A DNA stretch of 64,000 bases from Podarcis bocagei (Eukaryota). The DNA lies in the NCBI GenBank assembly GCA_964188305.1, contig OZ076897.1. One strand, written 5' to 3'. Each line of letters begins with the position of its first letter. The stretch's first letter is position 1. Of the stretch, positions 1-12,283 are shown piece by piece. The notes beneath the pieces were generated by a model that did no database searches, was not told the origin of the DNA, and saw only the letters and a list, made by a program, of their open reading frames with translations. The position numbers and the translations under genes are program-made.

Positions 1-387
1 GCCATCTAAGCTCCTGCTTCTAATCCTGTCCTCAATACCCGAGTATTTCAGCAAGCAGTACAGCAGTAGCCTGGATCTTGTCAACAAGAATGCAGCATAG
101 AAGGGGGGTAATGGGTGGAAGGGGAGCAACTCCCCCCCCCCCATGCTCTGGACAAATTATGCCTTTGGTCTCAAGAAGGGACCCGGAAGCTGACTTTATA
201 TTGAAGGAATTTAGCCTCAGAACATTAAGCAGTCAAGTGGCTTAGATGGCTTTGTGAAAGAGATTACGCTAGTTCGTGGGGGATGGAGGGATCCAGCAAC
301 AGTTCTTTAACCACCGCAGGTTAACGGAAGTTGTGTATTCAGAGCTAGTGCACCAAGCACTACCTGGTACACATGACAGACAGTAAG

Positions 388-415
388 GTGTGTGTGTGTG
401 TGTGTGTGTGTGTGT
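388..415. repeat. (GT)n microsatellite
   Basis: Read directly. Confidence 0.95.
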
Positions 416-989
416 TGCGTGTACACTTTCACACGCAGGTCGGCCGCGAGATTCCTGGAAGCACCTGGCTGGCAACTGCGGGTAACAGTAGCCCCAAGCC
501 CGATCCAGCCGAGTCCGCTCTCTTTGTTCTTAGGAGAGCCCCCGGCCCCAAAACGGGAGACCGGCCTCCGAAGCCCAGGAAGACCCCAGCCAGTTCAGCA
601 CTGCGGAGAGACAATGGCCGAAAGGCGAGACGCTTCCTGGGATCCCCCAAAAGTCAGCAGCCCCTTTGCTGAAGGCGAGCCCAGCAGCCCCCCCCCCCAA
701 TACACAACAACCCCGCAGAGACGCCGGCGGGGCGAGAGGGAGCCCCCGCAGAGGCGCAAGGGCGGGAACCGGGCAGAGAAAACCCCTCCGGCCTTCCGAG
801 GCGGCGAGAAGGACAGCCGCCTGCACGCCCTCGACCACTAGGCCGCCCCACCACCATTATGATTTCCCCCGGGCGCAGGGCGGCCACCCCGCCTGCAGCC
901 TCGCCCGGGTCCCACCCCGCCGCCGCCGGGCTGGGGCCAACTCGAGGCGCGACCGGGAAGGGAGGGAGGGCAGGCCGGGCCCGTCTCAC

Positions 990-1240
990 CTGCTGAGGAA
1001 GGGCCAGGAGCGGCGCGCGGGGAAGAGGAGGAGGAGGACGGGGACGGGGACGCAGCTCGACGCGGCCTGCGCCTGCCTGCAGCTCCCGGGCCGGCGGCAC
1101 CTCAGTCTCTGGCTGGCGGGCGCGCCCTGGTCGAAGCCAGCTCCTCCCGCTCCTCCTCCCGACGCAGCCGAGGCGGAGGAAGGGGGCGAGGCGGGGCCTA
1201 AAACAACCCAACGCCGCCTCCTCCTCGAGCGCCTTCCGGG
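990..1240 (-). other. Putative non-coding first exon of a leftward gene (RALA expected from amniote synteny; no coding sequence in the window)
   Basis: Consensus donor cctcagcag|gtgaga at 990/989 inside the CpG island. Gene identity is synteny inference only. Confidence 0.45.
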
Positions 1241-1269
1241 CCGCTTTCGGGGGCGGGAGACGCGGCCGC

Positions 1270-1350
1270 GGTTCTCTGAGGCGGGGCGGGCGTCGGCTTC
1301 TCCTCAGGCGCCGCTGGGCTCCGTAGGCCCGTCCTGAGGGAGGGAGAGAG
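1270..1350 (+). other. YAE1: Putative non-coding first exon of YAE1
   Basis: Donor gagag|gtaagg at 1350/1351. Downstream acceptor tttccctgcag| at 7515/7516 precedes the YAE1 ATG. Confidence 0.5.
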
Positions 1351-1893
1351 GTAAGGGGGGCCCCGCGCGCCAAGCCGCCTTCCCGCCTCAGGCGAAGGCT
1401 CCGCCCGCAGCCGCCGCCGCTCTGCGCCGCCGCCGCCGGGGGAGGAGGAGGAGGAGGGGAATCGCCCGGGTTTTAATGAACGAGGCGTCGGGGTGGAGCG
1501 AGAGGAGGAGGAGGAGGCCTCGAGCCCCGCAGCCCCCGCCCCCAGGGAGGCCTTCCGACGGGGCCGCAGGAAAGACGGCTACCCCGCTCGCCTCGGGAAC
1601 CGCGACCCTCCGGGCGGCGGCACCAGGACGGCAGCCGGTTGAGCCAGTGACTGGAAAGGCAGGTATCCCTTTCCGACCGCCAGTCCGCCATTAAGCGACT
1701 CCCCCGCCTCAGCAAGGCGTGGGGTGGGAGAACTGGGTCCCCCCCCCCCCGGCTAGCCTAAAGGCCGCCGTCCAGTGGCAGCGCACCTGCCTTGCGTGCA
1801 GAAGGCCCCCGCTTCGCTCCCCCCGTGGCAGGAGAGACACTCCCCGCCTGAGGCCATGGAGAGCAGCTGCTGCTGCTGCCGGTCAGTGTAGAG

Positions 1894-2083
1894 CAGCCTT
1901 TCTCAAGCTCGGGCAGCAGCAGCTCTCTAAGGCTTCAGGCGGGGAGTGTCTCTCCTGCCACGGGGGTTCCCAGGTGTTCTCGAACTACATCTCCCATCAT
2001 CCCTGGGGCGCTGGCCCTGCTGGCTAGGGATGATGGGAGTTGTAGTCCGGCCACACCTGGGGACTCAAGGTTGAGAAAGGCTG
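1894..2083. mobile_element. Small palindromic hAT-like MITE (related copies about 20239-20375, 47561-48112 interrupted, 52699-52835, 59810-59948)
   Basis: TIR CAGCCTTTCTCAA...TTGAGAAAGGCTG with internal actaca.tcccatcatccct/agggatgatgggagttgtagt palindrome. Confidence 0.7.
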
Positions 2084-2780
2084 GGCAATACTGTACTGAG
2101 CAAGACCAGGGCCTGCCTGGCTCCAGTATAAGTATAATAAGTATAATATTGACCTGCTAGTGCATCCAGCACTGGCTTTGGTTCCTATGCAGAGTAGCAT
2201 CTCCCTCTCTCTCTGTCTTTGCCACTCTGTGGTCTCCAAGCCTTCGGCATGAGAAATGCTAGCTGCAAACAATTCTGTTCAATGCCTGGTGCCAATAAAT
2301 GTGGGGTAGGGTCTGTCGATGGGTGAGAGGCCAGAAGTGTCTTGGGTCCGTGTTGGGGCACTGACTCTGAGGGAAAGCAAGCAAGAGGGCTCCGTGTTGG
2401 GGCTGCAGCTGGCTCCCTTCTTCCAGTGCCAGCAATACAGGGAGGGCAAGGAGAGCCATAGTGGGGAAGACCACAGACCATGAGAAGATGGCCAAGAGAA
2501 AGAGCATCCCTCGCCACCACTGAGTCAAAGACTGCTGGGGTATCCAGGCTTAAAAGAGAAGGCATTAACTGGACCACTTGAAGCAGGGGGTCTCTGGAAT
2601 GAAAAGAGACAGACTAATCTTGGGGCTAAGGAAGTGTCCATGTGTCAATTATCTACAGTATTGTCAAGTGGTCTTTTATAGGCAGCGTTTTTAATTCTTC
2701 CTTTTCTTGACTCTGATGCTGATACTGTTTGTAGGAGCAACAGTCTGACGGCTTATCCTTTCCATCCTGTGTTAGCAGTA

Positions 2781-3027
2781 CAGTGGTACCTCAGGATGCG
2801 AACGGGATCCGTTCCAGAATCCCCGTTCGCATCCTGAAGCAAATGCAACCCGTGTCTGCGCGGGTCGCGATTTGCTGCTTCCGTGCGTGCACATGACATC
2901 ATTTTGACAATCTCTGCATGCGTGAGCGGAGAAACCCGGAGGTAACACGTTCCGTTACTTCCAGGTCGCCGCAAAGCACAACCCAAAAGTGCTCAACCTG
3001 AAGCAACTTCAACCTGAGGTATGACTG
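2781..3027. mobile_element. Tc1/mariner non-autonomous MITE
   Basis: TA|CAGTGGTACCTC ... GAGGTATGACTG|TA. Confidence 0.8.
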
Positions 3028-3286
3028 TATACTGTATTTTAAATGATATACCAGTGAAGGCCTGCCACATATACTGGTGAAAGGGATGCTGTTGACATGC
3101 CTGCACTAGTGCAGTTGCACCATGGAAGATAACACATCTCGGAGGTAGATAAAGGAGAGGCCAAGTTAGCTATAATTCTAAACAACACTCAGAAGGGACA
3201 ATCTCCACCTATCGCCCACAGTTCACCATTTGCCCATCGTGCACATGATGCATGTATTTATTATTTAACACTTATAGCAGATAGTA

Positions 3287-3534
3287 CAGTGGTACCTCGG
3301 GTTACATATGCTTCAGGTTATATACGTTTAAGGTTACAGACTCCGCTAACCCAGAAATAGTACCTCGGGTTAAGAACTTTGCTTCAGGATGCGAACAGAA
3401 ATCGTGCTCCGGCGGCGCGGCAGCAGCAGCAACAGGAGGCCCCATTAGCTAAAGTGGTGCTTCAGGTTAAGAACAGTTTCAGGTTAAGAACGGACCTCTG
3501 GAACGAATTAAGTACTTAACCCGAGGTACCACTG
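3287..3534. mobile_element. Tc1/mariner non-autonomous MITE
   Basis: TIR CAGTGGTACCTCGGGTTA, TA target duplication. Confidence 0.88.
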
Positions 3535-3562
3535 TACCCACATGAAGGTTCATAGTCTAACA

Positions 3563-3821
3563 CAGGGGTCAGCAAACTTTTTCAGCAGGGGGCTGGTCCA
3601 CTGTCCCTCAGACTTTGTGGGGGACCGGACTGTATTTTTTGGGGCGGGGCGGGGAAAATGAACGAATTCCTATGCCCCACAAATAACCCAGAGAGGCATT
3701 TTAAAGAAAAGGACACATTCCACTCATGTAAAAACATGCTGATTCCCGAACCGTCCGTGGGCTGGATTTAGAAGGCGATTGGGCTGGATCCGGCCCCCGG
3801 GCCTTAGTTTACCTACCCATG
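3563..3821. mobile_element. hAT non-autonomous element
   Basis: 8-bp TSD GTCTAACA (3555-3562, 3822-3829); CAGGGGTCAGCAAACT...AGTTTACCTACCCATG. Confidence 0.85.
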
Positions 3822-6800
3822 GTCTAACAAATACTATACAAAAGGAAAAAGGATTGGGGAAGTAAGAGGAAAGCTAGCATTTCAGAAGCTGCTCCTTTGC
3901 TGACTGATGGATACGACATTGCTAAGATTTTCTTCTTGAGAGGAAATGTGTGTAGGCATCCAGTGATTCTTGGCCACCTAGCTGCTGGCAGAGCCCTTAG
4001 ATTGCCTCCTTTCAGCTCTACAATCCCAGGTAATGGCAGTTGGAGCAGTGGGTTCTTTTATGCATAGAGGGTACGGAAGCAAGTACCCTGCATCTGCTCT
4101 GGCACCTTGCTGTGATCTTCCTGGGAGGCAGAAGAGGTGGCTGCCTAAGGCTGTGATGAGTAAGAGAGTGTGCTTTCCTTCGGTTCTTCAAAAAGCTCAT
4201 GCTAGTTTGAGTTATATGTTGTACAGGTGTGAACAACACTACAACCATGAAACAAACAGCCACTCTTCAAATGGCAGACCAAGCAAATAAAAACTCTCCC
4301 AAGTAGGAACAGGAAACAACAATCAAGAGCCCAACAACTAAAGTAAAGGATGATGAAAATGTCTAGCTTTTAGGATCATGAAACTTACAAGTCAAGGACA
4401 GGATTGAGACTAGCTCCTTCCACAGGCACAAAGTCATTTCTCGCACAGCAAACTGTTGCACTGTGGAACCAGATGCATTGCACTGGTAAAGATGAAGGTA
4501 CAGTTCTGTCTGCTACAGGCTTCTCTTCCCCAAAAACAGATTTGGAGTCTTAGCATTACTGGAACAGTGTTGCATTTTATATGCATACACATTTGAACAC
4601 TAGTCTTATAAAATAAAGAGTGAATCATAATGCTAGGAATTGACTGCAGTTTAGCAACACCATTCAGTGGAAATGCCTCTCTACCCACAGAAAATGACAG
4701 GTGCATAATTTATACATTTTATGTTCAGATGTGAGTTGTTATGCTGCCCTCAGGAGCTGTCACTCTCTATTGATGAGGGAAATGGAAAAAGTGAAGGCAA
4801 CTCCTGGAAAACAAAGGTTTCTCTGTGAACTATTTCTCCATTCACTTGAACCACCAGAATAACCAGAGTTGAAATTAGTTTTAAATTATGTACACCTTGT
4901 ATAGACATTGTGGGCTATATGAAGGAGAGCTTTTTCTAGAGGCAAGGTTTCCGGAGCTTCACATTTTAGGCTGTGTGGCTTGCAAATAAGGAATGGCTTC
5001 AAATCCTGCAAAGTTGTGGGGGTGTTGTAAGTCTTGTTTTTTTACAAGCCTGTTGTGTTGTACGGACACTCTTTACCATTGTTATGGCTTCTTGGTAGCA
5101 GGAAGTAGAAGGTTCCTGTGCTCCTTGCTGGAAGAAAAATGGTGCTGCTTAGGAGCTCCCCATTCTGACATTAATTCCACCAAGGCAGATGGCAGAAGCA
5201 AAATATGAATTAGGATAGTGTCAGATAAAATAAGTTTGGCGTGCGGAAGCTCCTCAGCTGAATCCCCAGCATATCCAGGACTGATTGTTGGTGGGTGGGG
5301 TGGGGCTTGTCTGTTGCCCTGGAGAGCTGCTGCAGTAACTGATAGTACTGAGCTAGATGGACCAATGGGTTTGACTTGGAAAAAAGGTAGTTTCCTAACA
5401 TCTTAACAGTCCTTTTGAAAGACTGAGATAAATAGGTTTCCCTAAGAAAGGAGTTTTATAATTGTATAGTCACCATGAATAATGCCATGTACAAAGTTTA
5501 AGCTACAAAGGTTTCCCCAAATAACTTGGACAAGAGAACTTAATAAAAATTTTATTATACCTAGAAACAAGAAGTTGGACATGTCTTTAATTGTTGAACA
5601 GAAATTACCTGTGGATCCCCTAATGGGTGGCACACTTAAAGAGTGGCAAACACCACAGTATGTACCAATCCAGGATCTTCTATTGCTTTTAGATGATCAG
5701 CTCCCCCCCAAACCAAATGTATGCCTAAAATACTCTGGTGAATTGCAAGGGATTCTTGAGCATATTCTTAATTTGCACAGGAATATCCTTGCCTTGTCTC
5801 AGACAGTAACTAACCTTGACGCAGGCTTGTCCTCTGCGATTGTCACATTAGCTTGCTTGCTTACCTGGAAGACCGACTAAAGACTGGCCCAACATGTTTA
5901 GTCGGTCTTCCAAGTAAGCAAGCTTTCAGTAAACACGCATAAGACTGGACTGCAGTTCAAGGACAGTAAGTGCTATAAAGCTATAGATTTTTTAGCTGCT
6001 GATAATCATTGTGTTCTGTCCTTTAAATATCCCAGCACAGGGTTTTGAGAATAAAAACATCAAAATGATGTAATAGTAACAAAAAATCGATATCAATCCA
6101 GATGCTCCTAACTTGTTGCTAGGGAACACTAATCTTTTGGGTAGGCTCTTCTTAAATTGCCAGGAAATTGCTCCTGAAATTCCTGCTGGTGGTGGGGAAA
6201 CGTCTTAATAAACTGGAGCAACTGGAGCATACTGAAGAAAATACTATTTTTCCACTCTGCTACACTTAGCTAAACAGAAAAGAGTCCCTTTCACCTGTAA
6301 CAGTAAATTGGACAGTTGATCCAAGAGGAAGCCAGGTTAACTACTGGCAAAAAAAACCCAACCCAATTGGGAACAATAAAATGAATCATGCAGTGGATAA
6401 TTAACATTCACACTGACTTTTGCTACACCTGCAAATTAACTTCCATACTGACTTTCTCTATATCTCCACTGTACACTTATTTCATATAAGCCGCCCAGAG
6501 TAGCTGGGGAAACCCAGCCAGATGGGAGGGGTATAAATAATAAAATTATAATTATAGATAGAGTGAGAGAATATTGAAGAACCTTTATTTGTTCTGCACT
6601 AGTCTCTCAATCCTTTAAAAAAAAAAAAGTTTTGTTATATGTACTACAGGAAACTACGTGAAATTGCATAGATTTGGAAAAGCCAGCAAACACCCTCTAA
6701 ACCTCTGGAAACCCTTGGAAACCCGTTTAAAAAACAAGAACACCTTTTGGTACATTAAATGCTGACAGATTTACTCTGCTATAAATTTCCCAGATGGAGC

Positions 6801-7604
6801 CCACTGCAACAGCGCAATGAAGTGTTCTTCTTAGCTGTTACACCTGGATATATGGAGGGGGGGGGCGGCCATGAAATCCATGAACTTTTGGACCTCTTGT
6901 TTCCTATTTATTTTCTCTCTTCCCATATGTCAGCTGAGAATGAGACTTCCATGCATCTGATAAGGTTGGCTGTAGTCCGCAAACACATCTGTCATAATAA
7001 ATTCTGTTAGTCTTTAATGTATTACAAAGCTTCTCTTGGGGTATGAAGACACAGCAGTTGGGAGTATCTGCTACCTCAAAAGTGACAAAGTTGGGCTGCT
7101 GGTGGCCATTTCTTGAGAAAACACTTTATTCTCCCCTCCCTCATCCTGCCAATAGTGCAGCTCACAAACAAGCTGCCTCGTAAGTCATGGCTTTGATCAA
7201 CATAAAGTCTGTTGTGACCCTGCAAGGAGTGTGAAGGTTTTAATTTCCATTGCCTTTTTCTCTGTTCCTTGAAGAGAGGAGTTAATAAAAGTATACAGCT
7301 ATACCTCGGAAGTCGAACAGAATACGTTCCAGAAGTCTGTTCGACTTCTGAATCGTTTGACTTCCAAAGTGTGGCTTCTGGTTGGCTGCAGGAAGCTCCT
7401 GATCATGGACCCTATTCACCAGCAAAAGTTGGGTGTGGGGATTCTCAACATACACACATTATCAGATGTATTTTATATGCAAGCATTTGTTTCAATAGGT
7501 GTCATTTCCCTGCAGGTTTCAGTCTGATTGCTGAAGCTTACCACCCTGCTAGACTTCAGCTGCTTCTGCCCATAGCCCTCCTCACGGTTATTAGCACAGA
7601 GAAG

Positions 7605-7721
7605 ATGTCCTGGGTGCAAGCTGCAGTCAGCCAGCACAGCGAAGATGTGTTTGATGAAGATGCAAATGAAATGGACATAGCTCAGAAAGAATGGAAGAGC
7701 ACCATGGAGAAACGACTCAAA
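7605..7721 (+). CDS. YAE1: YAE1 coding exon 1
   Basis: ATG at 7605; donor AAA|GTAATT. Confidence 0.93.
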
Positions 7722-10283
7722 GTAATTATATGGTTTGGGTTGGGGATTGACCACATCAGTGACATAAAAATTAGCTATTGAGATCCAAGATGGATTAGCC
7801 TTCAGAATAGCACTAGCAGGTCCACACACACCCCTCCCCAGACACACCTCAGTCAGCTCAGAGGCAAATAAGGTGTAGGGAGGATGTATTGGTTGCAGGG
7901 AGAAAATAATCCATGTTGGGGGAAAGGGAGAGCCTTGGCTCACTGGCCTTCACTGCAGAGTTGCTGATCAAAGGATTAAGGGTCAGCTATAGTGTTCTGT
8001 TTGGGAGAAACATAGTTCTGGAATTAAGCAGAGAAAGTCATTTCCAGATGAAACTAATGGCAATTCACAAGGATAGCTTAACTGTTAATAATGCACTGTC
8101 TTGTGTCATGCTATATAATCAAAGATTCAATTTTCCTCTTTTTTTTTTTATTTGTTCAGTCCATGCAACTGGAAGGGCTGAAAAAGATCTCACCCTTTTG
8201 TTATTGTGCCGAATATCCTCTGTCTACTCCAGAAGCACTTTTTTCATTATGAGGTTGACTTTTTAAAGCTACATGATTGGCACACCTATTATGTGTAAGC
8301 CACACCTCTAGAGCAAACATTTTTATAATTGCAGGTGGACCTCATTTCATGATGGCTTATTTGAATAAGCCAGGCAGATACCGATGAGTACTGTACTGTT
8401 TCTTTTTACGTTCTAGTTGTTAATGTGATTTTGATCTCTTTGCTCAAAGGAAGGCTATAGGGAGGGAGCAGAAGCTGGAAAACTGCTGACAGTTCAAGAG
8501 GGTTTTAATCAGGGGTATAAAGAAGCAGCAAGGAAGATGATCTCATGTGGCCAACTCAAAGGAACCATAAGGTATGTGGTAAAGCAGCATTTTAAAAAAA
8601 GGAATGGAAATTAATTGTACAAGTTGTTAAATTGATAGACCTCCACCAGAGAAATATATCTATTAATATCCTCTGCTAATATAGTGCCCATTTAAATTAT
8701 GAACACTTAACTTTTTATTCATTCTTTATCGTCACATCCTGCAGGGAACTGGGGTGCGCAGCCAGCACAGCAAGATTTAACACTTTGCTGATGGGGGGGG
8801 GCGTTAAATCCTACTCAGTTCGGTAGGATTTAATTTAAACCTCTTCACGATTAAGAAGGGTTTTGCATTGAAATTCATCTAACAGAATCCCCTTCCATCT
8901 TACCAGCACCTTGCTGCCTGCAGGTTACTTTGAAGTTCTGACAATGGGACTTGTCACCAGATCACCTGATGCCATTGTGATGTTTGGTGATTGACAGGAG
9001 GACAGATAAGGATCTCTCCTGTGAAGCCAAAAAGGCTCCCCACCCCTTAATATAGCCACTCGTCCTGATAAAATTTCACACACTGTTGAACTTGAGCTAC
9101 TGGAGAACAGAAAAAGATGGCAACAGTAGTCCGATTGGTTTGTAGCATTTGAAAGCTACAGCCAACTTCTCTCTCCGTGCTGCTACGAAACCCGGAGGCA
9201 GCCTCTTCCACGTAGACCTCCATTGAAGGTGCCTTATAGGATGCACTGTCGAACGAGAAAATTTTCAGACTACAGTGGTATCTCAAGTTACAAATGTCTC
9301 AGGTTACAAACTCTGCTAACCTGGAAGAGTGACCTCGAGTTGAGAACTCTGCCCCAGGATGAGAACGAAAATCGTCTGCCAGCGGCGCAGTGGCAGCAAG
9401 AGGCCCCATTAGTGAAAGTGCGCCTCTAGTTAAAAACAGTTTCAGGTTAAGAACAGACCTCTGGAACGAACTAGAGGTACCACTGTACTCCATGCCGGCC
9501 ATTTCTGAGCAAAGACTTGTCTTCTGTCTCTTGATTTCCCCCCTCAACCATCATGGGCTGTAGGAACTTGATTCCATTATAATGAGTATCTCAGGCATTT
9601 GCTAGATAGAAAGCACGAAATGATACACCATACTAGAAAAAGGTTATTTGATTGGTGCCATGGTGATATCTAGATTTCTTATATGGCGCTCCAAATTGGA
9701 ATACAAAACTATTCTAGGTTAATGTTCTGCTCAGTTGCCCTTTGTGAATGAGAATAAATATGGGAGGGAAAAAATGTTTTTTTAAAAAGCTGTCTTATTT
9801 ACATTTGGTCTCAGATCCATTTTTAACTTTCATTGTTTTTATAGTGCTCTTTCGTTCTGGTGTCAGCACAATGGATGCAGTTCTGGAGTGCTGAGCGAGG
9901 TAACTGACCTGCTGAACGAACTGGGAAAATACGAAGAATCTGTGTTTAGAAGTCTTAACTCTACCCACCTGCAGCCCCATGTTGAAGACTTGATGGATAC
10001 TATTGAGGACATGGACCTTGGTCATGCCCTCTTACCTGCGAAACAGCATGATGGAACTACAGGTGGAAGAATCTCTGAAAACGGCATTGAGTTTAGTGGA
10101 CAGTGTTGCAGAAATGATAGCAGGACTGGATCCTTCCAAGAAGAATGTTGCAGAAGGAGAAAAGGTGGCACTGATTCCAAAAAGCCAGTGTTTAGTTGGC
10201 TAAAAGAAAAAACTATCAATTTAGTAGATCAGCTAGGTTTGCCACCAGACACAATTGAACACATTCAATTATTGCAAAGTTAA
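7605..10283 (+). CDS. YAE1: YAE1 maturation factor of ABCE1 (Yae1 domain protein), join(7605..7721,8450..8571,9845..10283), 225 aa
   Basis: MSWVQAA..EDVFDEDANEM..QKEW..KRLK / EGYREGAEAGK..QEGFNQGYKE..GQLKGTIS / ALSFWC...QLLQS*. Contains the Yae1 GYxEG..GK..QxGFxxGY motif. GT-AG introns with consistent phases; 678 nt. Confidence 0.95.
8450..8571 (+). CDS. YAE1: YAE1 coding exon 2
   Basis: aag|GAAGGCTAT...ATAAG|gtatgt; encodes EGYREGAEAGK. Confidence 0.95.
9273..9485. mobile_element. Tc1/mariner MITE
   Basis: Same family as 3287-3534; TA flanks. Confidence 0.8.
9845..10283 (+). CDS. YAE1: YAE1 coding exon 3 (terminal)
   Basis: tttttatag|T GCT CTT; in frame with ORF 9888..10283; TAA stop. Confidence 0.92.
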
Positions 10284-11164
10284 TTCATTGTGTAGAATTT
10301 GTAAAAGTTTTTTTTAAAGTATCGTTTCCCCCCAGATATGCAACTACCTCAAAACTGGCTGAAATGCAGAGATTTTGCTTTCAAATATTGCTTAATGTGC
10401 CCTTTATATAGTAGATAAAATCCTGTGGTATTACATGGATATGGCTTATGATTAATTTGTACACTGTCTAATCTCCTTTAACAAACTTTGCAAACACATC
10501 TTATGTTAGTAAATCATTCCAGGCACTATAATCTATGTTACATCGCTGTTCCAGAGATGTGAAATACAGCCTTGCAAGAGGGGATTATTCTCTCTCCCCT
10601 TCTCTGATACATAGGAAGAATGGGTGTTAAATGCAATTTGTAAAGATATCTTTAACATTTTATTTGCCTTTTTAAAATATGTACGGTGGAAGGATCCCAG
10701 TTATTGAGATGAACAGGCATAAAGCTGGGAAATTAACTCATTACTCCCCTGCTTTGTTTCAGGAATTTTTCTGAAGCTAGGATTTGCTTTGAGGAAGAAA
10801 TTCTTCGTTGGTGCTGGCTGATGCATTTTTTAATATCTGAAATATAAAGGTGCATTTAATGTCACCTTGAGTTTGGCCTTCAGATATTTACTGAAGCATT
10901 TCTTAGCTGGTAAACTAGTCTGTACATAGTACAGTTCTCTCTTCATATGCTTTCTGGGGAAAACCTTCTTGCCCAGACGTCAGTGCTGCACTAATCAGGG
11001 GCAGGTGGACAACGCGAGAAGAGGCAGACCTATTCAAGAGAACAAAGAAATAGAAATTCCTCTTCAAAAGGAATTAACGTTTCTTTCGAACAGGGGTGAC
11101 AAACTTGTGTCCCACTTCTGTGACCTCCAATACCCTCACAAAATTTGACATCACTAAATTTAAT

Positions 11165-11199
11165 AATAAAAACGACTTGATAGTGTAAAATAATTTATT
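11165..11199. terminator. Candidate opposed poly(A) signals (YAE1 on +, MED1-like on -)
   Basis: AATAAA on + at 11165-11170; AATAAA on - at 11199-11194, between the two convergent stop codons. Confidence 0.4.
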
Positions 11200-12144
11200 G
11201 GAAAGCAGCCTCGAGAAGTGCAGTTCTTGCTACTCACGGGAAGGTTGACTATGGGTCAATGTGGCCCCCCGAAAGATTAGCCTCCTCTCTCCCAAATAAT
11301 GTGAGTTTTATGGGTCTTTTGCTGCCCTTACTTTGCTGTACTATAGCTACCACTACTTAAACTCTACCTGGTTCAGACCAAGAGAAGTCCTGTGTGTGAG
11401 ACACACACACACACAAACACAATCATGTAAAAATACTTACTTCACCTTACATGTAGAGCAAGGTGAACATATTGTCTGTGCAAGGGCAGATTTCAGGAGA
11501 GAGATTCATACCTCTATCCAGTAGAGACTGCACACAGAAGAGTATAATTATGGGAAAGGGCTGGGGTGCAAAAGTTTCATTGTAGTGTAAAGATGGTTCA
11601 TTTATCTTTTAATTTTAACTATGTCCCCAAGTATTCAAATCAATGCTACCTGGAAAAAATGTCCCTATGTGACTAACATTTGATGGAATCAAGACCCTAT
11701 TTTAAAAGATCACGTCTGGAAAAAAGGAAGCTTTAGTGTTAAGAAAAAAGCCCAATTTAGACAAAATTTCAGGTGGACTAGAGTTCTGCTACAGGGTGTG
11801 ACCAGTATAAAGATAAAAGTTGAATTAAAATAACCCACCCACCCCTGCCAAAAAATGTTTATCCTACTAAAAAAAAGTTCCTAAAGCTTTGTTTAACATA
11901 CTACTTCAGAAAACCTACTTTTTCTAAACATTCACTATAAAATAACCCTTACAAAGTTGAAACTTAATGTTTAATAAGGTGGTAATCTCTGCATTCAAAT
12001 TGCTTTTGTGACTTAAAACGTAACTTTTTCCAATGTTTTTCACTAAGCAGAATTAGTTTTGCCCAGTTGTAACTTGTGAGAGAAAGAAACCAAGTATTAT
12101 ACAAAAAATAATAATGCTGTTGCTCAGTTTCACAAGTAGCCACA

Positions 12145-12283
12145 TTACTGCTGGTTATGTTCAACTTGTTGGTCTTTGCAATTTTCCTCACAGACTCCGT
12201 CTTTGCTCAGAGAAGTTTCCTCAGCTTTTTGTTGGGTGGCTTTCTTGAAAATTGCTCTCATGAGAACCGGAATTGACATACAC
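12145..12283 (-). CDS. MED1-like terminal exon 17
   Basis: CMSIPVLMRAIFKKATQQKAEETSLSKDGVCEENCKDQQVEHNQQ* (TAA at 12147-12145). Confidence 0.9.

Larger units (their letters stand above)
640..1850. promoter_or_regulatory. CpG island, probable bidirectional promoter
   Basis: Very GC/CpG-rich. GC boxes (GGGGCGGG) at about 1190, 1250 and 1282. Outward-facing splice donors: minus CAG|GTGAGA (exon end 990) and plus GAG|GTAAGG (exon end 1350). Confidence 0.85.

Noticed and set aside
269-2027. Long overlapping ORFs (up to 239 aa) in the CpG island
   Set aside because: Low-complexity Arg/Pro/Gly/Ala products expected from stop-poor GC-rich DNA; no recognisable domain.
5545-5580. PRNKKL resembling bornavirus matrix PREKKL
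   Set aside because: Only a hexapeptide with inconsistent downstream spacing; kept as a weaker alternative to test in the same profile search.
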